The notes: generated from the letters alone by a model not told the origin. A DNA stretch of 64,000 nucleotides from an uncultured Eubacteriales bacterium (GCA_902790495.1 CADASK010000024.1:5625-69624); one strand, 5' to 3'; positions 34,602 through 42,709 are shown, counted from the first letter of the stretch. Translations and numbers: made by a program.

Positions 34602-35955
34602 ACGCCGTCCTCTCCTCCCCCGTCAGCCCGTCCACCTCCTCGGGCTGGAGGTAGGGGTTCAGGCGCAGGGCGGTGGCGCGGTCGATGTCAGGGCGCATCA
34701 CCTGGATGTTGCGGATGATCTCGCTCTCGTCGGCGATGGTCTGGCGGGTGAAGCGCACGGCCTCGGTGTCCGCGTCCAGCAGGGCGAGGATGCCTCGCAC
34801 GAAAGCGTAGGCCTGCCACTCGAAGCGGTTGGCCTTCAGGTCGAGGCTGGCACAGGCGGCGCGGATGGCCACGTTGGTCAGGCTGCCGCCGGTCAGCTCC
34901 TCCATGTTCAGGGCCATGTAGTCCTGGTAGAGGGCCTTCTCCAGCAGCTTCAGCGCGGCCTGCCGGGCCTCGTAGGGCACACTGATCGTGTGGGGCTCGG
35001 CGGTGGACGCGCCGCCCGCGCCGTCGGAGATGCTGGTCACGGCCTTCAGCCGCTGGATGGTCTCCAGCACCTCGGCGATGTCGTCGAGGGTGCCGCCGAA
35101 GTTGTTGAGCACCCAGTAGACGTCGTTGGCGCGGTCGAGGTTGTCCGCGAAGTCCGAGAGGATGCGGTCGTAGCAGTCGATCTTGGAGCGGATGGCCGGG
35201 GTCAGCTCGCTGCGGCGCTCCTCGTTGGCCCAGAAGGGCACCAGCGGCAGGGCCCGCACCGCCTCGGCCACCAGCTCCGTGCCCAGCACGCTCTCGCGGC
35301 GGATGAGCCGGTAGGGGCGGAAATCCCCTGCGGGCACCAGCTGACCCTTCTCCTCCCGCCACATCGAGACGCCCTGGGGCTCGAACAGCCGCACGCACAG
35401 CGGCGAGCGGGCCTCCAGCTGCCAGAACTGCACACCCATCCGGGCCTCGCCGCTCACCTCGTCGATCAGCGGAAAGAAGCCGGAACAGGGGTCGCGCACC
35501 GCCTCCACGATCTCCAGGTGGTCGGTGTTCCAGTAGCCCCAGCACACGCCGTGCTGCAGGGCTTTTTCGCCCATGCGGGCAAGGGTGAGGTCGAAGTCCG
35601 CGCCGAGGCGCGCCTTGAGGCCCGGGTCGCCAAGGGTGACGCCGTTGCCCAGCAGGTACTGGGCCTGCTGGGTCACGAAGCGGCCGAAGAAGCCCGAGTA
35701 CACGCGGCTGCCGACCACGTCCTTCATCCGCGTGCGCACGCGGCGGCGGCCCGAGGCGTCTGTGGTCTCCACCTTGGAGGCGCGCAGCACGGTCTTCTGG
35801 GCGATGGCCGGGTTCTCCCCGCGGAAGTACGCACTGGCCTGCAGTCCGTCGCGGAAGAACGGCGACACCCGGTACGCGCGGATCGCCTGAAGCAGGCATT
35901 TGCCCTTGTCTGGGGAGGAAAGATAGGTTTGGTAGGTGATGGGGGTATGGTACAT
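34600..35955 (-). CDS. Phage portal protein (SPP1 Gp6-like)
   Basis: 451 aa, located directly downstream of terL. FFGRFVTQQAQYLLGNGVTL resembles the conserved N-terminal portal segment. Confidence 0.65.
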   Translation of the reverse strand: MYHTPITYQTYLSSPDKGKCLLQAIRAYRVSPFFRDGLQASAYFRGENPAIAQKTVLRASKVETTDASGRRRVRTRMKDVVGSRVYSGFFGRFVTQQAQYLLGNGVTLGDPGLKARLGADFDLTLARMGEKALQHGVCWGYWNTDHLEIVEAVRDPCSGFFPLIDEVSGEARMGVQFWQLEARSPLCVRLFEPQGVSMWREEKGQLVPAGDFRPYRLIRRESVLGTELVAEAVRALPLVPFWANEERRSELTPAIRSKIDCYDRILSDFADNLDRANDVYWVLNNFGGTLDDIAEVLETIQRLKAVTSISDGAGGASTAEPHTISVPYEARQAALKLLEKALYQDYMALNMEELTGGSLTNVAIRAACASLDLKANRFEWQAYAFVRGILALLDADTEAVRFTRQTIADESEIIRNIQVMRPDIDRATALRLNPYLQPEEVDGLTGEERTA

Positions 35956-35968
35956 AGGATACTCCTTT

Positions 35969-37222
35969 TCAAATTTTCGGTTCGATTCGCAGCGCCCTCA
36001 CCAGCGACGCGGCGCTGTCCGGCGCGTCATCATGCTCCGCCTGGGGCGTGTAGCCCAAAATCTCCCGCAGCCACGCGGGATCCGTGCCCGCCACCAGTGT
36101 CACCCGCGGCCACCAGGCCCGCAGATAGGTGCTGATCTTGATGTGCTTGTTCATCCGCTCGGCGTAGGGATGCGCCGCGATCCCCCTGCGCCGGGCCTCC
36201 CGGGCGAGATAGCCCCTGTCGCCGTTGGTCTCCATCCACAGCGGGCCACAGAGCAGCCGCTCGCACACGTCCCCGATCTCCTCCAGGCAGTCGTTCACGT
36301 GGGCGCGCCACAGCCGGCCGTAGAGGTACAGCCGCTCGCCGTCGAAGCGGCCACAAGTCAGGGCGGTGCCCTCGCCGCCGCCGTAGCCCGCGTCCACGTG
36401 GGCGATGCCGTCCCGCAGGCAGTCCGTGTCCTCCGTGAAGGGCGGCATCAGGGCGAACAGGGCGTCCGCCTCGGCGATGTGCCGCAGCTCATAGTTGGCC
36501 GCGAAGAGGCTGGGACTCATGGACGCGCGCAGGGCCCGCAGCTCCTCCGGCGCGATCAGCCCGGTGCTGTAGCAGTCGAAGCGCTGCGGGGCCGGCATCA
36601 GGCTGATGGCGTCCTCCGGGTGCCAGGGCGTGCCCATGTTGATCATCCGCCCACCGCGGTTGCGGATGTTCTGCAGCTCCTGGTACACCGTGCGCGTCCG
36701 CTGGCGCTCGGCGCTGCTGAGCCGGTCGGTCAGGTTCACGATGTCGTCGGTCAGGATGAGGTCGGCGTGTTTGCCGGTGAGACTGCCGCCGATGCCCTGG
36801 CCGCGCAGCTGGGGCGCGCCGCGGGCCGCCGTGTACACGCTGGTGACGAGGGTGTCCTCCGTGGCGCGGGCGAGGGTCACCGGCTCGCCCCAGACCCGCG
36901 CCGTCAGCTCCCGCAGGGCGGGATGCCGGAGGATCGCGGCGGTCTGGGCAATGACCTCGCGCACATCCGTGTCGGTCTTCCGCAGGAAGAGCAGGGTTTT
37001 CTCCGGCTGCAGGGCCAGGGTCAGCGCCATGGCCAGAGAGAGGCAGGTGGTCTTGTAGCTGCCGCGGTGGGCCAGCAGCGTCATGTCGGTTTCGCCGAGG
37101 AGCATTTGGCGAAGCCAGTCACCGTGGAGGGCATCGGTCAGGCGGGTGAAGCCGCAGAGGCGGCCGACGGCGGCGGGGTGGGCGGCGAGGAAGGTAATGG
37201 CATCACGATTTCTTTGCTGCAT
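35969..37222 (-). CDS. Phage terminase large subunit
   Basis: Walker-A-like LAHRGSYKTTCLS. Length and position upstream of portal fit. ATG 37222 follows aaggaa. The longer ORF extension runs through repeat C12. Confidence 0.7.
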   Translation of the reverse strand: MQQRNRDAITFLAAHPAAVGRLCGFTRLTDALHGDWLRQMLLGETDMTLLAHRGSYKTTCLSLAMALTLALQPEKTLLFLRKTDTDVREVIAQTAAILRHPALRELTARVWGEPVTLARATEDTLVTSVYTAARGAPQLRGQGIGGSLTGKHADLILTDDIVNLTDRLSSAERQRTRTVYQELQNIRNRGGRMINMGTPWHPEDAISLMPAPQRFDCYSTGLIAPEELRALRASMSPSLFAANYELRHIAEADALFALMPPFTEDTDCLRDGIAHVDAGYGGGEGTALTCGRFDGERLYLYGRLWRAHVNDCLEEIGDVCERLLCGPLWMETNGDRGYLAREARRRGIAAHPYAERMNKHIKISTYLRAWWPRVTLVAGTDPAWLREILGYTPQAEHDDAPDSAASLVRALRIEPKI

Positions 37223-37232
37223 CAATTCCTTC

Positions 37233-37646
37233 TTATGTGTTTCTTTCAGCTTGGACAGCTGGAGATTCCGCGCCTGCGGGCGCGGGCAAAGGGCTTTGCG
37301 ATCGGTCCGGGGCTGGTCGCCCGCTCTCCGCTGAAAACTCCATAACATGGAGTTTTCCGGGCGCTCCGAGCCCCCTCCACCCCTTCGCCCCTTCGCCTGA
37401 GTGAGCTTCTTCCGCAATCTCAGCAAGAAGCTGGGTGATCTCGCGGGAGAGGCGGCGGGTGTCGGGCGGAGCGGCTTCGGGGCGCTCGAAGAGGCCGTAG
37501 TGGCGGCCCAGCAGCTCGGCGGCCTTGTAGCGCTCGCTGGTCTTCACGGCGGCGTCCTCCGGCTGCTCGCCGCGCAGGATGGACGTCATCACCCGCAGCA
37601 CCTCCTCCGGCTGGGCGATGGCCGGGTCGCTCGTGCGTCTGGTCAT
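37233..37646 (-). CDS. Terminase small subunit-like protein (C-terminal half only; tail encoded by a repeat)
   Basis: VKTSERYKAAELLGRHYGLF matches the conserved Terminase_2-type motif, but the N-terminal HTH is absent. The last ~50 codons are read through family-1 copy C12. ATGA overlap with the upstream gene. Confidence 0.5.
   Translation of the reverse strand: MTRRTSDPAIAQPEEVLRVMTSILRGEQPEDAAVKTSERYKAAELLGRHYGLFERPEAAPPDTRRLSREITQLLAEIAEEAHSGEGAKGWRGLGAPGKLHVMEFSAESGRPAPDRSQSPLPAPAGAESPAVQAERNT
37264..37387 (-). repeat. Family-1 repeat, long form, chimeric (C12)
   Basis: The reverse complement reads cgaaggggt GGAGGGGG [..GAAAACTCCATgttATGGAGTTTTC..] tcgcaaag CCCTTTGC CCGCGCC cgca GGCGCGG aatc. 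The H1 arms do not match each other. The inner hairpin carries a compensatory G-C to T-A change. Confidence 0.9.
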
Positions 37647-38059
37647 GCGGCCGCCTCCAACCTGCGGGTGAATTCCGCGCGGATGCGCTGCACATGCCGC
37701 GGCGACAGCCGGGTTGTCTCGGCGATGGCCTCGCAGGTTTCCCCGTAGGCGTAGTAGTCCTCGAGAATGGCCCGGTTGCGGCTGTTCGGCGCCAGGCGCA
37801 GGATCTGCCTCAGCCGGGGACGGATGGCCGCCAGGCGCTGTTCGTTCTCCTCCAGCTGCCTCAGGTAGGCGTCTCGGTGCTGCTCCGCCGCGTAGCGCGG
37901 CTCGTTGGTGCCGGGCAGTTGTCCCGGCGCGCAGGACCCTCGCAGGCCCGCCGGCCCCAGCCGCTCCTCCAGGCTGTCCAGCGTTCTCCTCAGCGCCCGC
38001 GATTCCCGCGCCATCTCCCGGCAAAGGCTCAGGCATTCCAGATCGGTCAGGGTTTCCAT
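37643..38059 (-). CDS. Sigma-70 region-4-type HTH protein (phage late regulator, ArpU/RinA/DUF1492-like)
   Basis: RNRAILEDYYAYGETCEAIAETTRLSPRHVQRIRAEFTRRL is a region-4-like HTH. Lies directly upstream of the packaging genes. Confidence 0.55.
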   Translation of the reverse strand: METLTDLECLSLCREMARESRALRRTLDSLEERLGPAGLRGSCAPGQLPGTNEPRYAAEQHRDAYLRQLEENEQRLAAIRPRLRQILRLAPNSRNRAILEDYYAYGETCEAIAETTRLSPRHVQRIRAEFTRRLEAAA

Positions 38060-38113
38060 GCTTCATTCTCCTCTCTATGCGAATGTTTGTTCGCTCAGTG
38101 CGTCTGCATCATA

Positions 38114-38132
38114 CATCAACTTGCGGTTGATG
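38114..38132. promoter_or_regulatory. Inverted repeat in the divergent regulatory region (candidate repressor operator)
   Basis: CATCAAC ttgcg GTTGATG. Confidence 0.4.
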
Positions 38133-38145
38133 TCAAGGGCTCGGC

Positions 38146-38174
38146 TTGATTTTTTTCAACCTTTGGTGTAGAAT
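38146..38174 (+). promoter_or_regulatory. Promoter of the XRE-ImmA operon
   Basis: TTGATT, 17-nt spacer, TAGAAT. Confidence 0.5.
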
Positions 38175-38232
38175 GAAGACAGTTCCAACAGATGGCCAAT
38201 CCCGACAGACAGCGATCAGATGGGGTGATCCC

Positions 38233-38556
38233 GTGTTAGGCTCCAACATCCGTACACTGCGCAAAGCGCGCAAAATGAGCCAGAGTGAGCTGGCGGAGCT
38301 CTTCGGCGTATCCGTCAACGCGGTGTCCAAGTGGGAGAAGGGCGTGGCTGAACCCAACGTTGAACGGCTGACCGCCATGGCGGAGCTCTTCGGCGTGACG
38401 CTGGACGAGCTGTGCGGCGAGCTGCCCTCCCCCGACATGTCCACGCTGAAGGTGATGAACCGCGCCTTCGCCCAGATGACCCCGGACGAGCAGGAGAAGC
38501 TGCTGGCCGTGGGCCGCGCGCTGTTCGCCCACGCCTTCGAGGGCCTCGGCGAATGA
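38233..38556 (+). CDS. XRE-family HTH transcriptional regulator
   Basis: LGSNIRTLRKARKMSQSELAELFGVSVNAVSKWEKGVAEP. GTG 38233 follows ggggtg. An in-frame ATG at 38146 is the alternative start. Confidence 0.8.
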   Translation: MLGSNIRTLRKARKMSQSELAELFGVSVNAVSKWEKGVAEPNVERLTAMAELFGVTLDELCGELPSPDMSTLKVMNRAFAQMTPDEQEKLLAVGRALFAHAFEGLGE

Positions 38557-39149
38557 GTCCCGACCGTCTGCGCGGCGCGGACGCGGCCTGCAAGTGTCTC
38601 CTCCGCCTGCAATGGGCCGCGCTGCCCGTGGAGCCCATGGACCTGTTCAAGCATCTGCGGCGGATGGTGAAGCTCATCAGCTACGAGGAGCTGGCGCAAG
38701 CCGACAGCGAGGCGGAATACGCGCTGCGCCACACCGCGCCCGAGGCGGAGGGCCAGACCTTCACCGCCCGCACGGAGGACGGCCGGCATGAGATCCTCTT
38801 CGTGCTCTACCGCGCGAGCGGGCACCCGGGCCGCGTGCGGCACACCCTCGCCCACGAGCTGGGCCACGTGGCCCTGGGGCACAGGGAGGACAGCGCGGCC
38901 TGCGACGCCCAGGCGGAGGCCTTCGCGTCCGCCCTGCTGTGTCCGCCCGGGCTGCCGGAGAGGCTGGCCGAGGCCCTCGGCGCGGCGCTCACGGCGGAGC
39001 AGCTGGCGGCTGTCTGCGGGATTTCGCGGGAAGCCGCGCGCCTGGCGCTGAGGACGCCGGAGGAGCTGAGGGAGCTGCCCTCGGCAAAGGAGGCAGCGGA
39101 GATGCTGCTTCCGGCAGGGGTTGCAAGGGTAAGGCTGTTTGGCTTTTGA
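38553..39149 (+). CDS. ImmA/IrrE-family metallopeptidase
   Basis: HEXXH motif in TLAHELGHVALGH. ATGA overlap with the XRE gene, the classic ImmR/ImmA-type pairing. Confidence 0.75.
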   Translation: MSPDRLRGADAACKCLLRLQWAALPVEPMDLFKHLRRMVKLISYEELAQADSEAEYALRHTAPEAEGQTFTARTEDGRHEILFVLYRASGHPGRVRHTLAHELGHVALGHREDSAACDAQAEAFASALLCPPGLPERLAEALGAALTAEQLAAVCGISREAARLALRTPEELRELPSAKEAAEMLLPAGVARVRLFGF

Positions 39150-39161
39150 ACACGTGAAAAA

Positions 39162-39197
39162 AGCTCTTCCTGTGCTTTTGTGCGGTAAGAGCTTTTT
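39162..39197. terminator. Bidirectional terminator
   Basis: A-run, AGCTCTT cctgtgcttttgtgcggt AAGAGCT, T-run; lies between convergent genes. Confidence 0.65.
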
Positions 39198-39229
39198 CTA
39201 TGGATTTGGTTTGTCAGGCTTTTATCTCC

Positions 39230-40270
39230 TTATTTCGCCGGCAGATAATCCTGCTCCGCATACCCCAGCTCGCTGTCATAGGGATTCAGCCGGAAATTCG
39301 TGTCATCCTGAATCAGACTCATCACATAGTCCGCGTCCTGGCCGGTGACCAGCTTCGGCTGGAAATTGCTGTTCGGGTAGGTGCCGGAGATGTGGGCGGG
39401 ATAGAGCCGCAGCTGCTGGCCCTTGTAGGTGCCGTCGTCCGCGAAGGTGAAGGTCACCTGGGCGATGGCCGTGTACAGCTCGCGCACCTCGCAGTTGCCG
39501 CCGAAGCAGAAATTGCCCAGCGACCACAGCACGTTGCGGTTGCCCATCACGTCGATGCCCTGGAGCACGTGGGGATGGTGCATCACCACCAGGTCGCAGC
39601 CCTGCTGCAGGGCGAAGCTGGCGAAGTTGGCCTGGCTGTCGCCGTGGCGCCGCGCGTACTCCGTGCCGCAGTGGAAGGTGAACACGATGGAGTTGACCCC
39701 GTCCGCCTTCAGCGCCTGGATCTTCTTCATGAACCACTCGCGGTTGTCCAGGTAATCGCTCTGCCACACGCCGAGGAAGCCCATGCGGATGCCGCCGAAA
39801 TCGTGCACGTACACATAGCGGTTCCCGAAGAAGCCGATGCCATTGCCCTTGAGGGTCGCGCGGGTGGCCTTCAGGCCCTGGGAGCCGTAGTCGGCGGTGT
39901 GGTTGTTGGCCAGGTTCACCGCCTCGATGGAGGCGTTTTTCAGGATGTCCGCGTAGCTCGGGCGGCCCCGGAAGCGGTAGGTCTTGCCCGTGTTCTCCGA
40001 GGAGGAGGAGTCGCTGAGCACGCCCTCGAGGTTGACCACGGTCAGGTCGTCTGCCTCAAAGATGTGCTTCACATTGGCGAAGAACCAGTCGAAGCCCTCG
40101 CTGCGGGCAAAGCCGTTGAAGGCATAATCCTTGTCGCGCAGGCGCTCCTCGCAGCCCAGGGTCACGTCGCCGGTGAAGGTGACGGTGATCTGCCTGTCCG
40201 CCAGAGCGGGCGCAGCCAGGGTCAGCAGCAGGGCAGCGAGCAGGAGCAGGGAGAGCAGGCGGTTTTTCAT
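39230..40270 (-). CDS. CapA-family (PGA_cap metallophosphatase-like) protein
   Basis: Signal peptide. VTFTGDVTLG and NLANNHTADYG motifs are typical of the CapA family. Confidence 0.8.
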   Translation of the reverse strand: MKNRLLSLLLLAALLLTLAAPALADRQITVTFTGDVTLGCEERLRDKDYAFNGFARSEGFDWFFANVKHIFEADDLTVVNLEGVLSDSSSSENTGKTYRFRGRPSYADILKNASIEAVNLANNHTADYGSQGLKATRATLKGNGIGFFGNRYVYVHDFGGIRMGFLGVWQSDYLDNREWFMKKIQALKADGVNSIVFTFHCGTEYARRHGDSQANFASFALQQGCDLVVMHHPHVLQGIDVMGNRNVLWSLGNFCFGGNCEVRELYTAIAQVTFTFADDGTYKGQQLRLYPAHISGTYPNSNFQPKLVTGQDADYVMSLIQDDTNFRLNPYDSELGYAEQDYLPAK

Positions 40271-40318
40271 AAGATGGTACCTCCCGGAGCATCAAAGATT
40301 GTTGATCGTGCAGGCAAA

Positions 40319-40366
40319 CCTCATCCGGCCTCGCAAAGCTTGGCCACCTTCCCCAAGGGGGAAGGC
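40319..40366 (+). repeat. Family-2 repeat (D3)
   Basis: cctcatcc GGCC tcgcaaagctt GGCC ac CTTCCCC aag GGGGAAG gc. The first hairpin is degenerate. Confidence 0.75.
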
Positions 40367-40384
40367 AAAGACGAAACGCGGCAA

Positions 40385-40437
40385 GCCTTCCCCATAGGGG
40401 AAGGTGGCATCGCGCTTCAGCGCGATGACGGATGAGG
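40385..40437 (-). repeat. Family-2 repeat (D4)
   Basis: The plus strand reads gc CTTCCCC ata GGGGAAG gtgg CATCGCGC ttca GCGCGATG acggatgagg. It contains the flippase stop codon (tca at 40417-40419) in the hairpin loop. Confidence 0.85.
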
Positions 40438-41865
40438 TCCTTCTTTCCTCCTCAGCAGGCGAAGAATCCCCTGATTCTTCGTCAGCCTCCACAGGGCGAG
40501 GCAGCACACGCCGTAGACCGCCGCGCCGACGAGCATCGCCGCGGCCAGGGCCGTCCAGCCGCCGGGCAGCAGGCGGAACACCAGCCGCACCGCGCAGGTC
40601 ATCACCGCGCCGATGCCGCAGTAGGTCAGGGCGTAGCGCAGGAAGCGGCCGTAGGGCAGCTCGCCGCGCAGGTGCAGATATTGTACCACGGGAACCGTCC
40701 CTTCCGCAAGCACCGTGCCGATCACCGCGCCCATGGCCCCCATGCGGGGGATCAGCAGGCTGTTGGCAACCAGGTTGACCGCCGCCCCCGCCGTGACCGA
40801 GCGCACCACGATCCTGTCCCGCTCCTGGGGCAGAATCCACTGGGTGCGCACCACGTTGGCGAAGCCGATGAGGATCAGCGTGGCCGCCAGCGGGATCATC
40901 AGCGCGCCGGAGCGCCTGAAGTCCTCGCCGTAATAGAGCGGAGCCAGCTCGGGCGCGACGCTGGCGATGCCGAAGCCCAGGGCGCACACCATGCACAGCA
41001 CCAGCTGCATGCTCAGGTCGATGTGGCGGCGGATGTCCTCCACCCGGCCCTGCTTCCACATGTGGCTGACCTTGGGCATCATCACCGTGCCCACGGCCGA
41101 GATGAAACCGGAGAGACAGTAGATGATCTTCTCCGCGTTCTCGTACAGGCCGTTCTCCGCCATGCCCGCCATGGCGCCCACCATCACCTTGTCCATGGTG
41201 CGGTAGACGCTGACGGCCAGCACCGAGAGGAAGAGCACCGCGCAGGGCTTCAGGTGGCGCAGGGCCTCCGCCCGGGTCACCGGGGTCAGGGACACGAGGC
41301 TCCGCAGGCTAAGCGCGGTGAGCAGGCAGCCCACCAGCGTCGCCAGGGCCCACACCAGGCCGTAGATCCACAGGTCGTCCGGCGACTTCACGAAGATGAA
41401 CACACAGGCTGCCGCCGCCAGCTTGACCGCCGTGTTTTTCAGGGCGATGGGCTTGAAGCGGTCGAGGCCCATCAGGCACCAGTCCAGGTTGACCAGGCAC
41501 GAGAGGGACGCCGGGGTCAGCGCCCAGGCGATGGCCTTCTCCTCGTCCGCCACCAGGGCCGCGTAGGCGATCCACACCGCCAGCGTCAGCCCGGCGACGA
41601 TGCGCTGCATCCGCCACACGGAGGAGAACACGCGGCTCAGCGCTGCCCTGTCGTCCCGGGCCCGGGCGACGGCGCGCACGCCGTAATTTTCCAGGCCGAG
41701 CATGGCCACCAGGCAGAAGAAATAGCTGATGTTCCAGGCATAGCTGTACAGCCCCACGCCCGCCTGCCCGCACACCCGCGAGAGGTACGGCGCGGTGACC
41801 AGGGGCAGCAGCACCGAGAAGACCCGGTAGCCCACATTGTAAAGGGTGTTTTTGCGTGTGCTCAA
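40417..41865 (-). CDS. Polysaccharide biosynthesis flippase (Wzx-like, MOP superfamily)
   Basis: About 12-14 TM segments. KNTLYNVGYRVFSVLLPLVTAPYLSRVCG is a typical N-terminus. The likely start is TTG 41865, 11 nt after aaaggag. The longer ORF to 41922 runs into repeat D5. Confidence 0.75.
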   Translation of the reverse strand: MSTRKNTLYNVGYRVFSVLLPLVTAPYLSRVCGQAGVGLYSYAWNISYFFCLVAMLGLENYGVRAVARARDDRAALSRVFSSVWRMQRIVAGLTLAVWIAYAALVADEEKAIAWALTPASLSCLVNLDWCLMGLDRFKPIALKNTAVKLAAAACVFIFVKSPDDLWIYGLVWALATLVGCLLTALSLRSLVSLTPVTRAEALRHLKPCAVLFLSVLAVSVYRTMDKVMVGAMAGMAENGLYENAEKIIYCLSGFISAVGTVMMPKVSHMWKQGRVEDIRRHIDLSMQLVLCMVCALGFGIASVAPELAPLYYGEDFRRSGALMIPLAATLILIGFANVVRTQWILPQERDRIVVRSVTAGAAVNLVANSLLIPRMGAMGAVIGTVLAEGTVPVVQYLHLRGELPYGRFLRYALTYCGIGAVMTCAVRLVFRLLPGGWTALAAAMLVGAAVYGVCCLALWRLTKNQGILRLLRRKEGPHPSSR

Positions 41866-41894
41866 AGGAAAGAGATCTCCTTTCACGCGATATA

Positions 41895-41949
41895 GCCTTC
41901 CCCCGGAGGGGGAAGGTGGCATCGGGCTTCAGCCCGATGACGGATGAGG
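41895..41949 (-). repeat. Family-2 repeat (D5)
   Basis: gc CTTCCCCC gga GGGGGAAG gtgg CATCGGGC ttca GCCCGATG acggatgagg. A direct repeat of D4 with compensatory stem changes. Confidence 0.85.
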
Positions 41950-41967
41950 ATCTGTGTTGTCTGCTGG

Positions 41968-42014
41968 CCCTCTCAGTCAGCCTTACGGCTGACAGCTCTC
42001 CCAGAGGGAGAGCC
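41968..42014 (+). repeat. Family-2 repeat (D6)
   Basis: ccctctca GTCAGCC tta GGCTGAC agc TCTCCC aga GGGAGA gcc. Confidence 0.85.
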
Positions 42015-42025
42015 AAGAAATACGC

Positions 42026-42049
42026 GGCCTTTCCCCTCCGGGGAAAGCC
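42026..42049 (+). repeat. Family-2-like single hairpin (D7)
   Basis: gg c CTTTCCCC tcc GGGGAAAG cc followed by TTTT. Confidence 0.6.
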
Positions 42050-42059
42050 TTTTATACAC

Positions 42060-42087
42060 TTGACAAAGCCTCCGCGATGAGTATAAT
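42060..42087 (+). promoter_or_regulatory. Promoter of bioY
   Basis: TTGACA, 16-nt spacer, TATAAT. Confidence 0.6.
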
Positions 42088-42119
42088 GCGTAAACTGTAA
42101 ACTATATTTTGGTTTACGC
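42088..42119 (+). promoter_or_regulatory. Candidate BirA operator
   Basis: GCGTAAAC - 16 nt (AT-rich) - GTTTACGC inverted repeat immediately downstream of the -10 box of a biotin transporter gene. Confidence 0.5.
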
Positions 42120-42145
42120 AAATTCTCACAGCGAGGTCCTCTGCC

Positions 42146-42709
42146 ATGTCTGATACGAAAACCGTTTCTTCCTCCCGCATCCCGACCGCCCAGCTGGTGC
42201 TCTGCGCCCTGTTCGCGGCGCTGACCGCCGTTTGCGCGCAGATCATCATCCCCATCGGGCCGGTGCCCGTGTCGCTGTCGCTGCTGCCGGTGCTGCTGTG
42301 CGGCGCGCTGCTGGAGACCCGATACGCCCTGCTGTCCATGGCGGTGTACATGCTGCTGGGCCTGGCGGGCGCGCCGGTCTTCTCCAACCTGACGGGCGGC
42401 GCGGCGAAGCTCTTCGGCGTCACGGGCGGCTACATCATCGGCTACCTGCCCTGCGTGGCCCTGACGGCCATGCTCATCCGCAAATGGGGCCGCGCCTACT
42501 GGAAGCAGTGCCTGGCCATGGCCATCGGCGTCATCGTCTGCTATGCCTTCGGCACGGCCTGGTTCATGGTGACCAAGCACACCGGGCTGATGGCCAGTCT
42601 GAGCGCCTGCGTGCTGCCCTTCCTGCCCTTCGACGCGGTGAAGATCGCCCTGGCGGCCTTCCTCTCCCTGCGCCTGTACGAGCCGATGAAGCGCGCCGCG
42701 CATCTGTGA
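42146..42709 (+). CDS. bioY: Biotin transporter BioY (ECF S-component)
   Basis: LVLCALFAALTAVCAQIIIPIGPVPVSLSLLPVLLCGALL...GGYIIGYL is typical of BioY; 187 aa. Confidence 0.88.
   Translation: MSDTKTVSSSRIPTAQLVLCALFAALTAVCAQIIIPIGPVPVSLSLLPVLLCGALLETRYALLSMAVYMLLGLAGAPVFSNLTGGAAKLFGVTGGYIIGYLPCVALTAMLIRKWGRAYWKQCLAMAIGVIVCYAFGTAWFMVTKHTGLMASLSACVLPFLPFDAVKIALAAFLSLRLYEPMKRAAHL

Larger units (their letters stand above)
34600..39149. mobile_element. Prophage remnant (regulatory plus DNA-packaging genes only)
   Basis: Contains XRE, ImmA, a sigma-like regulator, a terS-like gene, terL and portal. No head, tail, lysis or integrase genes. GC is host-like, and a host family-1 repeat is inserted between terS and terL. 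Confidence 0.65.
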
